From an uncultured Gemmataceae bacterium (lineage in GTDB: Bacteria; Planctomycetota; Planctomycetia; Gemmatales; Gemmataceae): a stretch of DNA of 64,000 nt. A program made the position numbers and the translations under genes. Positions 56,033-64,000 of the stretch are shown one piece after another. Location of the stretch: the NCBI GenBank assembly GCA_963750165.1, contig CAVVPN010000004.1:1056001-1120000 (forward strand), in the 5' to 3' direction. The stretch's first letter is position 1; the number at the start of each line of letters is the position of its first letter. The notes beneath the pieces are model-generated. The model saw nothing but the letters and a program-made list of their open reading frames with translations, had not been told where the DNA came from and made no database searches.

Positions 56033-57238
56033 CTACCAATCGACCACTGAGCCGTCATCCTCGTCGTAGGTCTCGCGATTGCGCCAGTCGTGCCCGAGCT
56101 GCTTCGGCAGCTGTTTCTCGTCCAGTTCGATGCCCAGGCCCGGCCCGGTCGGCACGTTGATGTAGCCGCCCTTCTGCACAACGAAGGGAGTCCGCAGATA
56201 CCCTTCGCCGAGGCTGACCTGCTCCTGGCACAGAAAGTTCGGGATGGACGCGGCCAGCTGAATGCCCGCGGCCAGCGAGATCGGGCCCAGCGGATTGTGC
56301 GGGGCGATGGTCGCGTAAAACGCCTCGGCCATGCCGGCGATCAACCGCACTTCCGTGATGCCGCCCGCGTGACACAGGTCCGGCTGCAGCACCGTCGCCG
56401 CCTTCTTTTCCAGCACCTCGCGAAAGCCCCACTTCGTAAAGACCCGCTCGCCCGTCGCAATCGGCAGGTGCGTGCCGCGGGCGATCTCGGCCATCAGGTC
56501 GTGGTTCTGGCAGTTGATCGGCTCCTCGATGAACATCGGGTTGTGCGGCTCCAGCGCCTTGATGAGCACCTTCGCCAGCGCCGGGCTGATGGCGCCGTGG
56601 AAGTCGATGGCGATGTCCACGTCGTCGCCGGCGATCTTGCGCAGTTCGGCGAAGTGCTCGGCGGCGTAACGCACCGCGGCCGGCGTCTCAATGTAGCGGC
56701 TGGCGCGACGCTTGGCCGGGCCGCACTTGATGGCGGTGAAGCCGTGCGCCAGCTGCTGCCGCAACACCGCCGGCGTGTTGGCGTGGGCGTAGACGCGCAC
56801 CTTGCGCCGCGTCGGGCCGCCGAGCAACTCGTACACGGGCACGCCCAGCGCCTTGCCCTTGATGTCCCACAGGGCCATGTCGATGCCGCTCAGCGCACTG
56901 GTCAGGATCGGCCCGCCGCGGTAAAAGGCGTGGCGGTAGATGGCCTGCCAGTGATGCACCACCTGACGCGGATCCTTGCCGATCAGGTACGGCGCGATCT
57001 CCTGCACGGCCGCGGCGCAGGTGACCGCCCGGCCTTCGAGGATCGGTTCGCCCAGGCCGACAATGCCGGCGTCGGTGTGGACCTTGAGGAACAACCAGCG
57101 CGGCTTGACCAGGAAGGTTTCCAGCTTGGTGATCTTGAGCGGTTTGCCAGGCTTGACGGGCGCGTTGGGGTTCTGCTCGGCGACGACTGCGCCGGGCAAC
57201 GCCCCGGCGGCGGCTTCCAGAAAATGACGGCGGTGCAT
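56033..57238 (-). CDS. dgoD: Galactonate dehydratase (enolase superfamily)
   Basis: KPRWLFLKVHTD, FYRGGP...SGIDMALWDIKGK, DFHG, FIEEP, ATGER, PHNPLGP; ends DGSVVDW. Confidence 0.88.
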   Translation of the reverse strand: MHRRHFLEAAAGALPGAVVAEQNPNAPVKPGKPLKITKLETFLVKPRWLFLKVHTDAGIVGLGEPILEGRAVTCAAAVQEIAPYLIGKDPRQVVHHWQAIYRHAFYRGGPILTSALSGIDMALWDIKGKALGVPVYELLGGPTRRKVRVYAHANTPAVLRQQLAHGFTAIKCGPAKRRASRYIETPAAVRYAAEHFAELRKIAGDDVDIAIDFHGAISPALAKVLIKALEPHNPMFIEEPINCQNHDLMAEIARGTHLPIATGERVFTKWGFREVLEKKAATVLQPDLCHAGGITEVRLIAGMAEAFYATIAPHNPLGPISLAAGIQLAASIPNFLCQEQVSLGEGYLRTPFVVQKGGYINVPTGPGLGIELDEKQLPKQLGHDWRNRETYDEDDGSVVDW

Positions 57239-57354
57239 GTGCGTCTCCTTCTCGGGGCGTGCGGCGGCTGGTGGGTTGTTGAGGTTGAGGGTAGTCGATG
57301 GCCGGCGTGCTGACAATTCAAAACCGGCGCGGTTCGAGCACCTGGCGTCCGGTC

Positions 57355-57414
57355 GTAGCGGAAGTCGCCAGACTTCCGAGCAGCGTCGCACGGAAGTCTG
57401 GCGACTTCCGCTAC
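57355..57414. repeat. GTAG-type REP doublet
   Basis: Perfect 24-bp arms GTAGCGGAAGTCGCCAGACTTCCG / CGGAAGTCTGGCGACTTCCGCTAC. Confidence 0.85.
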
Positions 57415-57511
57415 CCCCAACCGCGGGCAAGTCGGCGCAGACACGACCGGCCGGGCTTTGTTATCCTCCTCGCCCGTGCCGGAACCGCACCGGAACACAA
57501 GGAGGTGACCC

Positions 57512-58714
57512 ATGTCCTGGTTTCGTCGTTGGGGAATCATCGGGGCGCTGGCCGTGACGCAGGTCGGCGCCGTGCTGTGTTATCAAGCCTTCCTGGCCGG
57601 CCACGGTTCCCCCGCCCGCGCCGCCGCTGCTCAGCAGAAGCCGGCTTCGCCGCCGAAATCGGAAGGCAGCCCTGCGCCGCTGCCTCCGGATAACAAGACA
57701 ATTAGCCAAGCGGAAGACATTCCCCTGCCGCCTTTCGTGGAACTGGCTAAACCAAACCCCCTGCCGTCTCTGGAGAACGGCCAGTCATCGACCGCGCCGC
57801 TCCCGGCCGTCATGGCCCCAGCGTTCCCCGAACTCAAGCCAGGCATTGTGCAAGCCGCGGCTCAGGAGAAAGTACCAGGTCCCGGGGTGCCCCCGCCCGT
57901 CGTCCCAGACCCCAAGCTGCCCACGTTGCTGCCGAAAGCTCCGGGTGATGCTCCCAAGAACCCGACGGAAGATCAGCTGAAGGCTCAAGTCTCCAAGCAA
58001 AGCGGTCCGCCGACTGATGTGTCAACCAGGCCGTTGCCACTGCTACCGGTCGGATCGCCAACCGTGCCGGTTCCGCCCAAGATCGACAAGGGTGCGAAAA
58101 CCGATCTTGCCCCCCTGTCTCCGCCGCCGCAGCACTGGACCAAGCCCAGCGACCCGCCGACAACCGTGGTGCCGGTCAAGCACCAGAGCGTCGGCCTGTG
58201 CCCGTGGGCGCTGCGCATCGAGATCGTCAAGGGCAAGACGCAGCTGACCGCCGCCATCGGCAAGGAAGTGCAGTTCCGCATCGTCTGCGAGAAGCTCGAC
58301 CTGCAGGCGCCGCGCGGCCTCATCGACGCCACCGGCGCCGTCTCGATCACCAGTGAAGGGCTCGACGGCACCTGCGACCGCCTGCAAATCACCTGGGAAC
58401 AGGACCACGTGGTCCTGGAAGGCAAGGCCCAGCTGAAGTGCCAGCGCGATGGCCAGGAAGTGGAACTCAAGGCCGAGAAGCTGAGCCTGCGCCTGAGCGC
58501 CAGCGGCGTCGTGCCGGTTCGCGAGCAGACCGCGCCAACCACCGAGCCGCCGGTGCCCAACGGCAAGACCAAGACCTCGGCCACGACCGTGCCGGTCATC
58601 GATCAGGCCAGCGGCGGCGTCCCCGTCATTGACCGCGAGGTGGTGCCGGCGGCGTCCATCAGCCGCGACTACGGCGTGGTGCCGGTGACGACATCGCCGA
58701 AGGTGCAGGATTAA
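57512..58714 (+). CDS. Pro-rich membrane-anchored hypothetical protein
   Basis: AGGAGG RBS, N-terminal TM, Pro-rich linker, beta-rich domain. Confidence 0.75.
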   Translation: MSWFRRWGIIGALAVTQVGAVLCYQAFLAGHGSPARAAAAQQKPASPPKSEGSPAPLPPDNKTISQAEDIPLPPFVELAKPNPLPSLENGQSSTAPLPAVMAPAFPELKPGIVQAAAQEKVPGPGVPPPVVPDPKLPTLLPKAPGDAPKNPTEDQLKAQVSKQSGPPTDVSTRPLPLLPVGSPTVPVPPKIDKGAKTDLAPLSPPPQHWTKPSDPPTTVVPVKHQSVGLCPWALRIEIVKGKTQLTAAIGKEVQFRIVCEKLDLQAPRGLIDATGAVSITSEGLDGTCDRLQITWEQDHVVLEGKAQLKCQRDGQEVELKAEKLSLRLSASGVVPVREQTAPTTEPPVPNGKTKTSATTVPVIDQASGGVPVIDREVVPAASISRDYGVVPVTTSPKVQD

Positions 58715-58719
58715 AAAGG

Positions 58720-58785
58720 TTCACCACAAAGACACAAAGGGCACATGGATCTTCTCCTTTGTGCCCTTTGTGTCTTTGTGGTGAA
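58720..58785. terminator. Perfect 26-bp inverted repeat between convergent genes
   Basis: TTCACCACAAAGACACAAAGGGCACA / TGTGCCCTTTGTGTCTTTGTGGTGAA. Confidence 0.8.
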
Positions 58786-58791
58786 GAAAAA

Positions 58792-61152
58792 TCAGCACGC
58801 CCGGATCACGACCAGCGTGGCGTTGTCGGTGGCGCCGCGCAGGTTGACGAGGTTCAGCAGCCGCCGGGCGGCGATGTCCGCGGACACCGCCGCCTCGCTC
58901 ATCAGCATCTTCGTCAGATCCTTGGCCGGGATGTGGTTCGTCAGGCCGTCCGAGCACACCAGCACCCAGTCGCCACGCGCCAGTTCGCCGTGATACAGCC
59001 CCGGCTCCACGTCCGGCTGGCCGCCGATGGCCTGCTGCAACTCGTTCTTGCGCGGGTGGTCCTCCGCCTCCTCCTCGGTCAGCTTGCCCAGCTCCACCAG
59101 GCGATTCACCAGCGTCTGGTCGCGCGTCAGCTGGATCAGCCGGCCCTGGTGCAGGTGGTACGTCCGGCTGTCGCCCACATGGCTGACGACGATGTGCTGG
59201 TTATCGACGTACACTGCCTCGGCAGTGCAACCCATGCCGCGCCGCTTGCTGCCCGGCGCCCGCGCCGCCGTGTGCACCTCCTTGTTGGCGTGCTTCAGGG
59301 CGGCCAGCAATAACTGCTTGCAGGCGTCGATGCTGAAGGTTTCGTCGGCCGGCGGTTCCTTGCCCGCCAGGGCCTGGAACATCGGTTTCTCGACCAGGAA
59401 CTTGCGCACGGACTGGATGCAAATGGCCGCGGCCACCTCGCCGGCTTCGTAGCCGCCCATGCCGTCCGCCAGCGCCACCAGCGCGTACTCCCAGAAGTCA
59501 TCCTGCCGCTGCTCCACCGCGTGCATGAACGCGAAGGCGTCCTCGTTGCCGGTGCGCACCATGCCCGTCGTCGTCCACGCCGCGATGTCCAGCCGCACGT
59601 TGTCCAGCGTCCGCCGCAAAATCTCCAGCGTGCGGATCAACTCCTGGAAACCGGTCTTGTCCGTCCGGCCCGCCTCGTCGGTCGGGAAGCGGATGTTGAG
59701 GTCGCGCACAAACGTCTTGTTGATGAGGCGGAAAAACGCCGGATGAACATCGGGAAATCGATCCGTGATCTGCTTCGGCGTGAACTGCCGCTCGAAATCC
59801 TTCTCCTCCAGATGATGGCCCAGGTACTCCAGCGAGTAGAGCATGGCCCCGAAGCTGTAGAGGTCGGCGCGGGCGTCCGCGGTGGTCGGGTTCAGCACCA
59901 GCTCGGGCGCCGTGTACAGGGTGCACTTGATCGGCGCGTCCGCCGGCACCGGCAGCGGTAGCACGTCGCTCAGGTCCGTGATGACCGCCTGGCCGTCGTT
60001 GGACACGGTGATGATGTCCGGCCGAATGCCCTCGATAATGGCCCCGACCTTGTGCAAGGCGTCGAGCCCCTCGGCGACCTGCTTGAGCCAGCCGTAGCGC
60101 GTGGCGGCGTTCGCCTCGGTCCACACGTCCCACAGGTTCTGGCCGGCCGGGATTTCCTCGACCAGGTACTCGTACTTGTCCTCGACAAAGGTGTCGATGA
60201 CGGTGGGCAGGGCCGGGTGGCGGGCGTTCTCCAGCAGGCCCTGCTCCCAGGCGACGCTCGGCCAGGTACTGGCGACGGCGGCGACCGGAGCGGCTGCGGC
60301 GGGCTCGTCGAAGCTCGGCAGATAGTCGTCGCCTTCCTCCAGCGGCACGACCGGCTCGGCCTCGTCGAGCAGCACGGCGCTCATCTCCGGCACCTCGCCG
60401 CGCAGGATCATGACCGGCGCCGGCGTGCCGGTGCCGTGGTCCAGGGCGCGGAAGCGGGCCACGCCGGCGCGTTCGTTGAGCAGTTCGACCAGTTCGTATT
60501 GCGATTTGATGCGCATGCCAGACACCAGGGAGGGAGCATGGGCGACGGGGGCGGCGGCGACGGCAGCCGCGGTCGTGGGGGCGCCCATGAAGCCGCAGTC
60601 GTGACAGAACGAGGAGCCGGCCACCCATTTGGAGCCGCAACCCGGGCAGATTTCGCCACCGACCGCGGCGGCCGGCGCAGGGGCGACCACCACGGGGGCC
60701 GCCGGTTGCGGCGGCGCGACCGGTGCCGCAACGGCCACGGGTTTGGCGAGTGGCGGGGCTACCGGCGGCGCGACGGCGACCGGCTTCGCCAGGGGCACCG
60801 CCGGGGCGGTCACGGGCACGGCGGCGGGGCCAGCCTCGGGCACTGCCTCGACGGGTTCGACCAGCTCGGGGCTTTCGAGGACGGCGGGTTTCTCGACGGC
60901 CGGCTCCAGGGGTGTCGCCTCCGCGACCGGTTCCGGCTCGGGGGGCGCGGCCGCGAGGACGGCCGGCTCTTCCAGGGACAGGGCCGGCGGCGCCGGTTCC
61001 GCGGCTGGCGTGGGCACCGGCTCGGGCGCGTTGGGCTGCGAGGCCGGCACGGCGGCGGCCTGGGGTGCGGGGTTGGTGGATTGTTCTTGCTGAACGCCAA
61101 AAAGCCGGCCCCAAAGGCCGCCCTTTGACGAGTCCGGACCGTTGCTCGCCAT
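58792..61152 (-). CDS. Zn-ribbon + pseudokinase + PP2C phosphatase fusion
   Basis: CPGC...CHDC; degenerate kinase fold (YTAPE, ADLYSFG); RTGNEDA, ADGMGG, HVGDSR, CSDGL, DNAT. Confidence 0.85.
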   Translation of the reverse strand: MASNGPDSSKGGLWGRLFGVQQEQSTNPAPQAAAVPASQPNAPEPVPTPAAEPAPPALSLEEPAVLAAAPPEPEPVAEATPLEPAVEKPAVLESPELVEPVEAVPEAGPAAVPVTAPAVPLAKPVAVAPPVAPPLAKPVAVAAPVAPPQPAAPVVVAPAPAAAVGGEICPGCGSKWVAGSSFCHDCGFMGAPTTAAAVAAAPVAHAPSLVSGMRIKSQYELVELLNERAGVARFRALDHGTGTPAPVMILRGEVPEMSAVLLDEAEPVVPLEEGDDYLPSFDEPAAAAPVAAVASTWPSVAWEQGLLENARHPALPTVIDTFVEDKYEYLVEEIPAGQNLWDVWTEANAATRYGWLKQVAEGLDALHKVGAIIEGIRPDIITVSNDGQAVITDLSDVLPLPVPADAPIKCTLYTAPELVLNPTTADARADLYSFGAMLYSLEYLGHHLEEKDFERQFTPKQITDRFPDVHPAFFRLINKTFVRDLNIRFPTDEAGRTDKTGFQELIRTLEILRRTLDNVRLDIAAWTTTGMVRTGNEDAFAFMHAVEQRQDDFWEYALVALADGMGGYEAGEVAAAICIQSVRKFLVEKPMFQALAGKEPPADETFSIDACKQLLLAALKHANKEVHTAARAPGSKRRGMGCTAEAVYVDNQHIVVSHVGDSRTYHLHQGRLIQLTRDQTLVNRLVELGKLTEEEAEDHPRKNELQQAIGGQPDVEPGLYHGELARGDWVLVCSDGLTNHIPAKDLTKMLMSEAAVSADIAARRLLNLVNLRGATDNATLVVIRAC

Positions 61153-61258
61153 AAAAGTCCTTGAAGGGTTGGCCGCGCTACCACGGCCGGCCCGCGCCGG
61201 GAGCCGGACCGCCGCGCCGTCGCGGCACGCACACGGAAGCGATTTCAAAAGCTCTTGT

Positions 61259-61304
61259 CCGAGCCCGAGCGCCAGCGCGGGGCAGCGCTGGCGCTCGGGC
61301 TCGG
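61259..61304. repeat. REP-like hairpin (half copy also at 20212-20225)
   Basis: 20-bp arms CCGAGCCCGAGCGCCAGCGC / GCGCTGGCGCTCGGGCTCGG. Confidence 0.8.
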
Positions 61305-61315
61305 TTCACGGTTCT

Positions 61316-62770
61316 CTAACGCAGACGATTGCCACAATAAATGCAAAAGCGGCTGCCCATGCGGTTGTACTTGCCGCAACTGGAGCAGGGCGCCGAGGCG
61401 TCCGTCAGTGGCTCGGCGCACTTGACGCAGAACGGCGTGCGAACCTTGTTGGTCGTCTTGCACTTCGGACAGGGGAACTCCCTGGTCACGCGCTGTCGAT
61501 CCAGATCCTGCCGGATTTCCTTGGCCGTGAAGTAGCGGTCGTTCACGTCCTCGGCCATGTTGACCTTGATGAGTTCGTAGAACCAGCGGTACTGCGCCGG
61601 CAGCGGCGCGTTGGCGTCCGCCAGCTGGGTCTCGAGTTCCTTGGTCGTGTGGTAGCCCTCGGGGGCGCGGCCGGTGGCCAGGTGGAACAGCGTCGCGGCC
61701 AGGGCGAACAGGTCGCTGCGCGGCTCCGGCTTGCCGATGATCTGCTCCGGCGGCGCATAGCCCTCGGTGTAGACGCGCGTCTTGCCGGCCATGCGCTCCT
61801 TGTGCGTGCGGCCCAGGTCGCGGGCGGTGCCGAAGTCGATCATGCGGATCGATTTCTGGTCCTCCAGGAGCATGATGTTGTCGGGCTTGAGGTCGCGGTG
61901 GATCAACGGCGGCGACTGGCTGTGCATGTGCGCCAGCACGTCGCAGATGGCCTTGGCCCACTCGATGACCTGGGGGATCGCGAAGGGCTGGTTGTTGTTG
62001 GCCTCCATGATCTTCAGCAGATCCTTGCCGCGGATGAACTCCATGACCAGATGGGCGGTCTGTCCCTCCTGGTAGAAGTCATGGACGCGCGGCACGATCG
62101 GCACCGGCTCAAGCATTTTCAGGATTTCGTACTCGCGGCGGAAGAAGTTCAGGCGGATGCTGAACTCCTGCGGATCGCCGGAGATCATGTCCTTGATGGC
62201 GACATCGCCGTGCTTGCCCTTGGTGTCGGTGCCCTTGTAGACCGCCCCGAAACCGCCCATGGCCAGGAGCTTGTCAAGGCGGTAGCGGCCGTGCAGCATG
62301 GTGCCGGCGGCGACGGGCAGCGGCGTGTTGCAGCGGACGCAGTTGCGTTCGCCGGGCGGGTTGGCGACGCCGCAGGCCGGGTTGGTACACATGCACGGCG
62401 GCGTTTCCGGCTCCGCGGTGCTGCTGTCGCCCTGCAGCAGATAGCCGCAGTCCATGCAGGCGATGGCGCCCTCCAGGAGCTTGGCGCCGCACTGCGGGCA
62501 GCTGGTGGCGCCGCCGGCGCCGGGCGGCGGAATGGAGGGCAGACTGACGGACGGCATGCTCGGGGCCTTGGGGCCGTTGCTGCTCGTGGCGGCCGGGGCG
62601 GGGGGCGCCGGCGCGGGACGGGGGGCAGTGCCGGCCGCCGCGGCGACGGGCTGCAGAGCAGGGACAGTGAAGGCGTTCGAGCACGCGGGACAACGGACAT
62701 TACGGCCGGCCGCGTTGTCGGGGACCTGCATCGGCTTCTGACAGTGCGGACAGCGGATCACATGCGGCAT
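61316..62770 (-). CDS. Ser/Thr kinase with multiple zinc ribbons
   Basis: GGFGAVY, VAIK, HRDLKPDN, DFG, YAPPE; CxxC pairs at both ends. Confidence 0.92.
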   Translation of the reverse strand: MPHVIRCPHCQKPMQVPDNAAGRNVRCPACSNAFTVPALQPVAAAAGTAPRPAPAPPAPAATSSNGPKAPSMPSVSLPSIPPPGAGGATSCPQCGAKLLEGAIACMDCGYLLQGDSSTAEPETPPCMCTNPACGVANPPGERNCVRCNTPLPVAAGTMLHGRYRLDKLLAMGGFGAVYKGTDTKGKHGDVAIKDMISGDPQEFSIRLNFFRREYEILKMLEPVPIVPRVHDFYQEGQTAHLVMEFIRGKDLLKIMEANNNQPFAIPQVIEWAKAICDVLAHMHSQSPPLIHRDLKPDNIMLLEDQKSIRMIDFGTARDLGRTHKERMAGKTRVYTEGYAPPEQIIGKPEPRSDLFALAATLFHLATGRAPEGYHTTKELETQLADANAPLPAQYRWFYELIKVNMAEDVNDRYFTAKEIRQDLDRQRVTREFPCPKCKTTNKVRTPFCVKCAEPLTDASAPCSSCGKYNRMGSRFCIYCGNRLR

Positions 62771-62821
62771 GGGTTCTTCTCGTGGTTGCGGTTGCGCTCC
62801 GTCAGCAGTTCAATCACAACT

Positions 62822-62897
62822 TGTAGATTGCAGATTGCAAAAACTAGCAATCCGTCTGTCGTTCCAGTTGCAATCTGCAATCTAAAAGTTGCAATCT
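62822..62897. repeat. Heptamer (CAGATTG/CAATCTG) inverted repeat
   Basis: TAGATTGCAGATTGCAA...TTGCAATCTGCAATCTA. Confidence 0.8.
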
Positions 62898-62900
62898 TCC

Positions 62901-63827
62901 TCAGGCACTCCGCTTGGCCCGTTCTCGGAAGCGAAGCACGCTGTTGCCGACGCGGATCAGGTCGTCGGACTTCAGCGGGAAGCGGCCCTGGACGAGCTGG
63001 TCGTTGACAAAGGTGCCGCCGGGCGTCTGCATGTCTTCCAGGAAGTAGCGGTTGCCCGACTGAATTATATGCGCGTGCAGCTTCTCGATCTGGTTGTCGC
63101 CGAACAGGCCGATGTCGCACGACTCGGCGCGGCCGACGGAGGTCCGCTCCTTGGTCAGGATCATCTCGCGCCCGGCCTTGCGGCCCACCTCGATCTTGAT
63201 CCAGGCTTCCTTCAAAATCACCTGGGCCAGGCCGATCAAGAGGCCAATGCACATGCCCAGCGCGACAAAGCCCCAGGCGGTCGGGCTGGACAGGTCGTCG
63301 GGATCCTTGCCGCGGAACAGCGTCGGGCCGATGACGCGGAAGACCAGCGCCAGGGTGCCGCCGAGCAGGCCGCCCGCGGTGCCGCCGACCAGCCCCTTGA
63401 TGAGCTTCTTGGTGGCGCCGCTCACGTCCTTCTGCGTGATGACGCTGAGCAACAGTTCGTAGACGCCAATGGACACGCCGACGAGCAGGCCGGTGAGCGT
63501 CCAGCCGAAGACGAAGAACAGGCCGTTCGCCGTGGCCGAGAAGAGCAGCTGGCCGATAACGCCGCCGAGCAAGCCGCCGACGCAGCCGACCAGCACCGCG
63601 ACGCCGACGCGCTGGAGCACCAGAAAGGGGCGGCTCATCGACAGGTTCCACAGGGCGTCGAGCAGGCCCAGGCCCAGCGCGATGGCCAGGCCCAGGAACA
63701 GGCCCTTGACGCCGGCGCCGGAGACCGCCTGCTCGCGCGGCGAAAACAGGGCTCCGAACAGCCAGCCGAAGAAGGCCGCCCAGCCGCCCATGATCGCGCA
63801 GTAATAGATGAAGCGTGTGAAGGACAT
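62901..63827 (-). CDS. Multi-TM protein with a C-terminal FHA domain
   Basis: Gly-rich TM helices; VGRAESCDI...HA...GTFVN...DDLIRVG. Confidence 0.88.
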   Translation of the reverse strand: MSFTRFIYYCAIMGGWAAFFGWLFGALFSPREQAVSGAGVKGLFLGLAIALGLGLLDALWNLSMSRPFLVLQRVGVAVLVGCVGGLLGGVIGQLLFSATANGLFFVFGWTLTGLLVGVSIGVYELLLSVITQKDVSGATKKLIKGLVGGTAGGLLGGTLALVFRVIGPTLFRGKDPDDLSSPTAWGFVALGMCIGLLIGLAQVILKEAWIKIEVGRKAGREMILTKERTSVGRAESCDIGLFGDNQIEKLHAHIIQSGNRYFLEDMQTPGGTFVNDQLVQGRFPLKSDDLIRVGNSVLRFRERAKRSA

Positions 63828-64000
63828 GCCACGTTCCCGTGCTGTCGTTGCCCGGCCGCCGCGCCGGCGTTCCAGGGTTATTGTATTAGAAAGCCGTGGC
63901 CGCCGTCGTGTCCAGTAAATTTCGGCAAAGTTCGCCAGGCCGCACCACCGACGGCGCACTCCTTGCGATTTTGGTGGTTGGGAACTGACTCCCCTCGCCC

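Overview
GC-rich bacterial window, very probably a planctomycete and Gemmataceae-like. This is inferred from DUF1501/PSD1 genes, ECF sigma plus Ser/Thr kinase pairs and a TIGR03067 protein. Core-like genes (xerC, cysQ-like, nadK, ABC transporters, dgoD, an FHA/kinase/PP2C cluster, tRNA-Cys) alternate with accessory blocks full of gene remnants and many unrelated palindromic repeats. Main discovery: a 4.57-kb segment (42665-47233) splits an apparent sorA-sorB-cbb3 (fused ccoN-ccoO-dihaem) operon. It is flanked by an exact 10-bp direct repeat, and removing it restores a broken hairpin. It has no transposase and no terminal inverted repeats, only a one-sided terminal motif (TTGGCNNCC)n-TTGC. The same motif abuts a 10/11-bp direct repeat around a second, low-GC WD40 cargo (20139-22502), and a third copy ends at 15282. 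This suggests an undescribed one-ended insertion mechanism. The large insert carries an integrase-less integron-like cassette array (attC sites after a PIN toxin-antitoxin pair, a GmrSD-like nuclease and a hypothetical gene) next to a hairpin-dense non-coding region. Two further dispersed repeat families, in-frame repeat insertions in proteins and an internally deleted IS701 are also present. Many 1-2 nt frameshifts in CG runs are probably sequencing or assembly errors. All alignments and coordinates were done by eye; no database searches were run.
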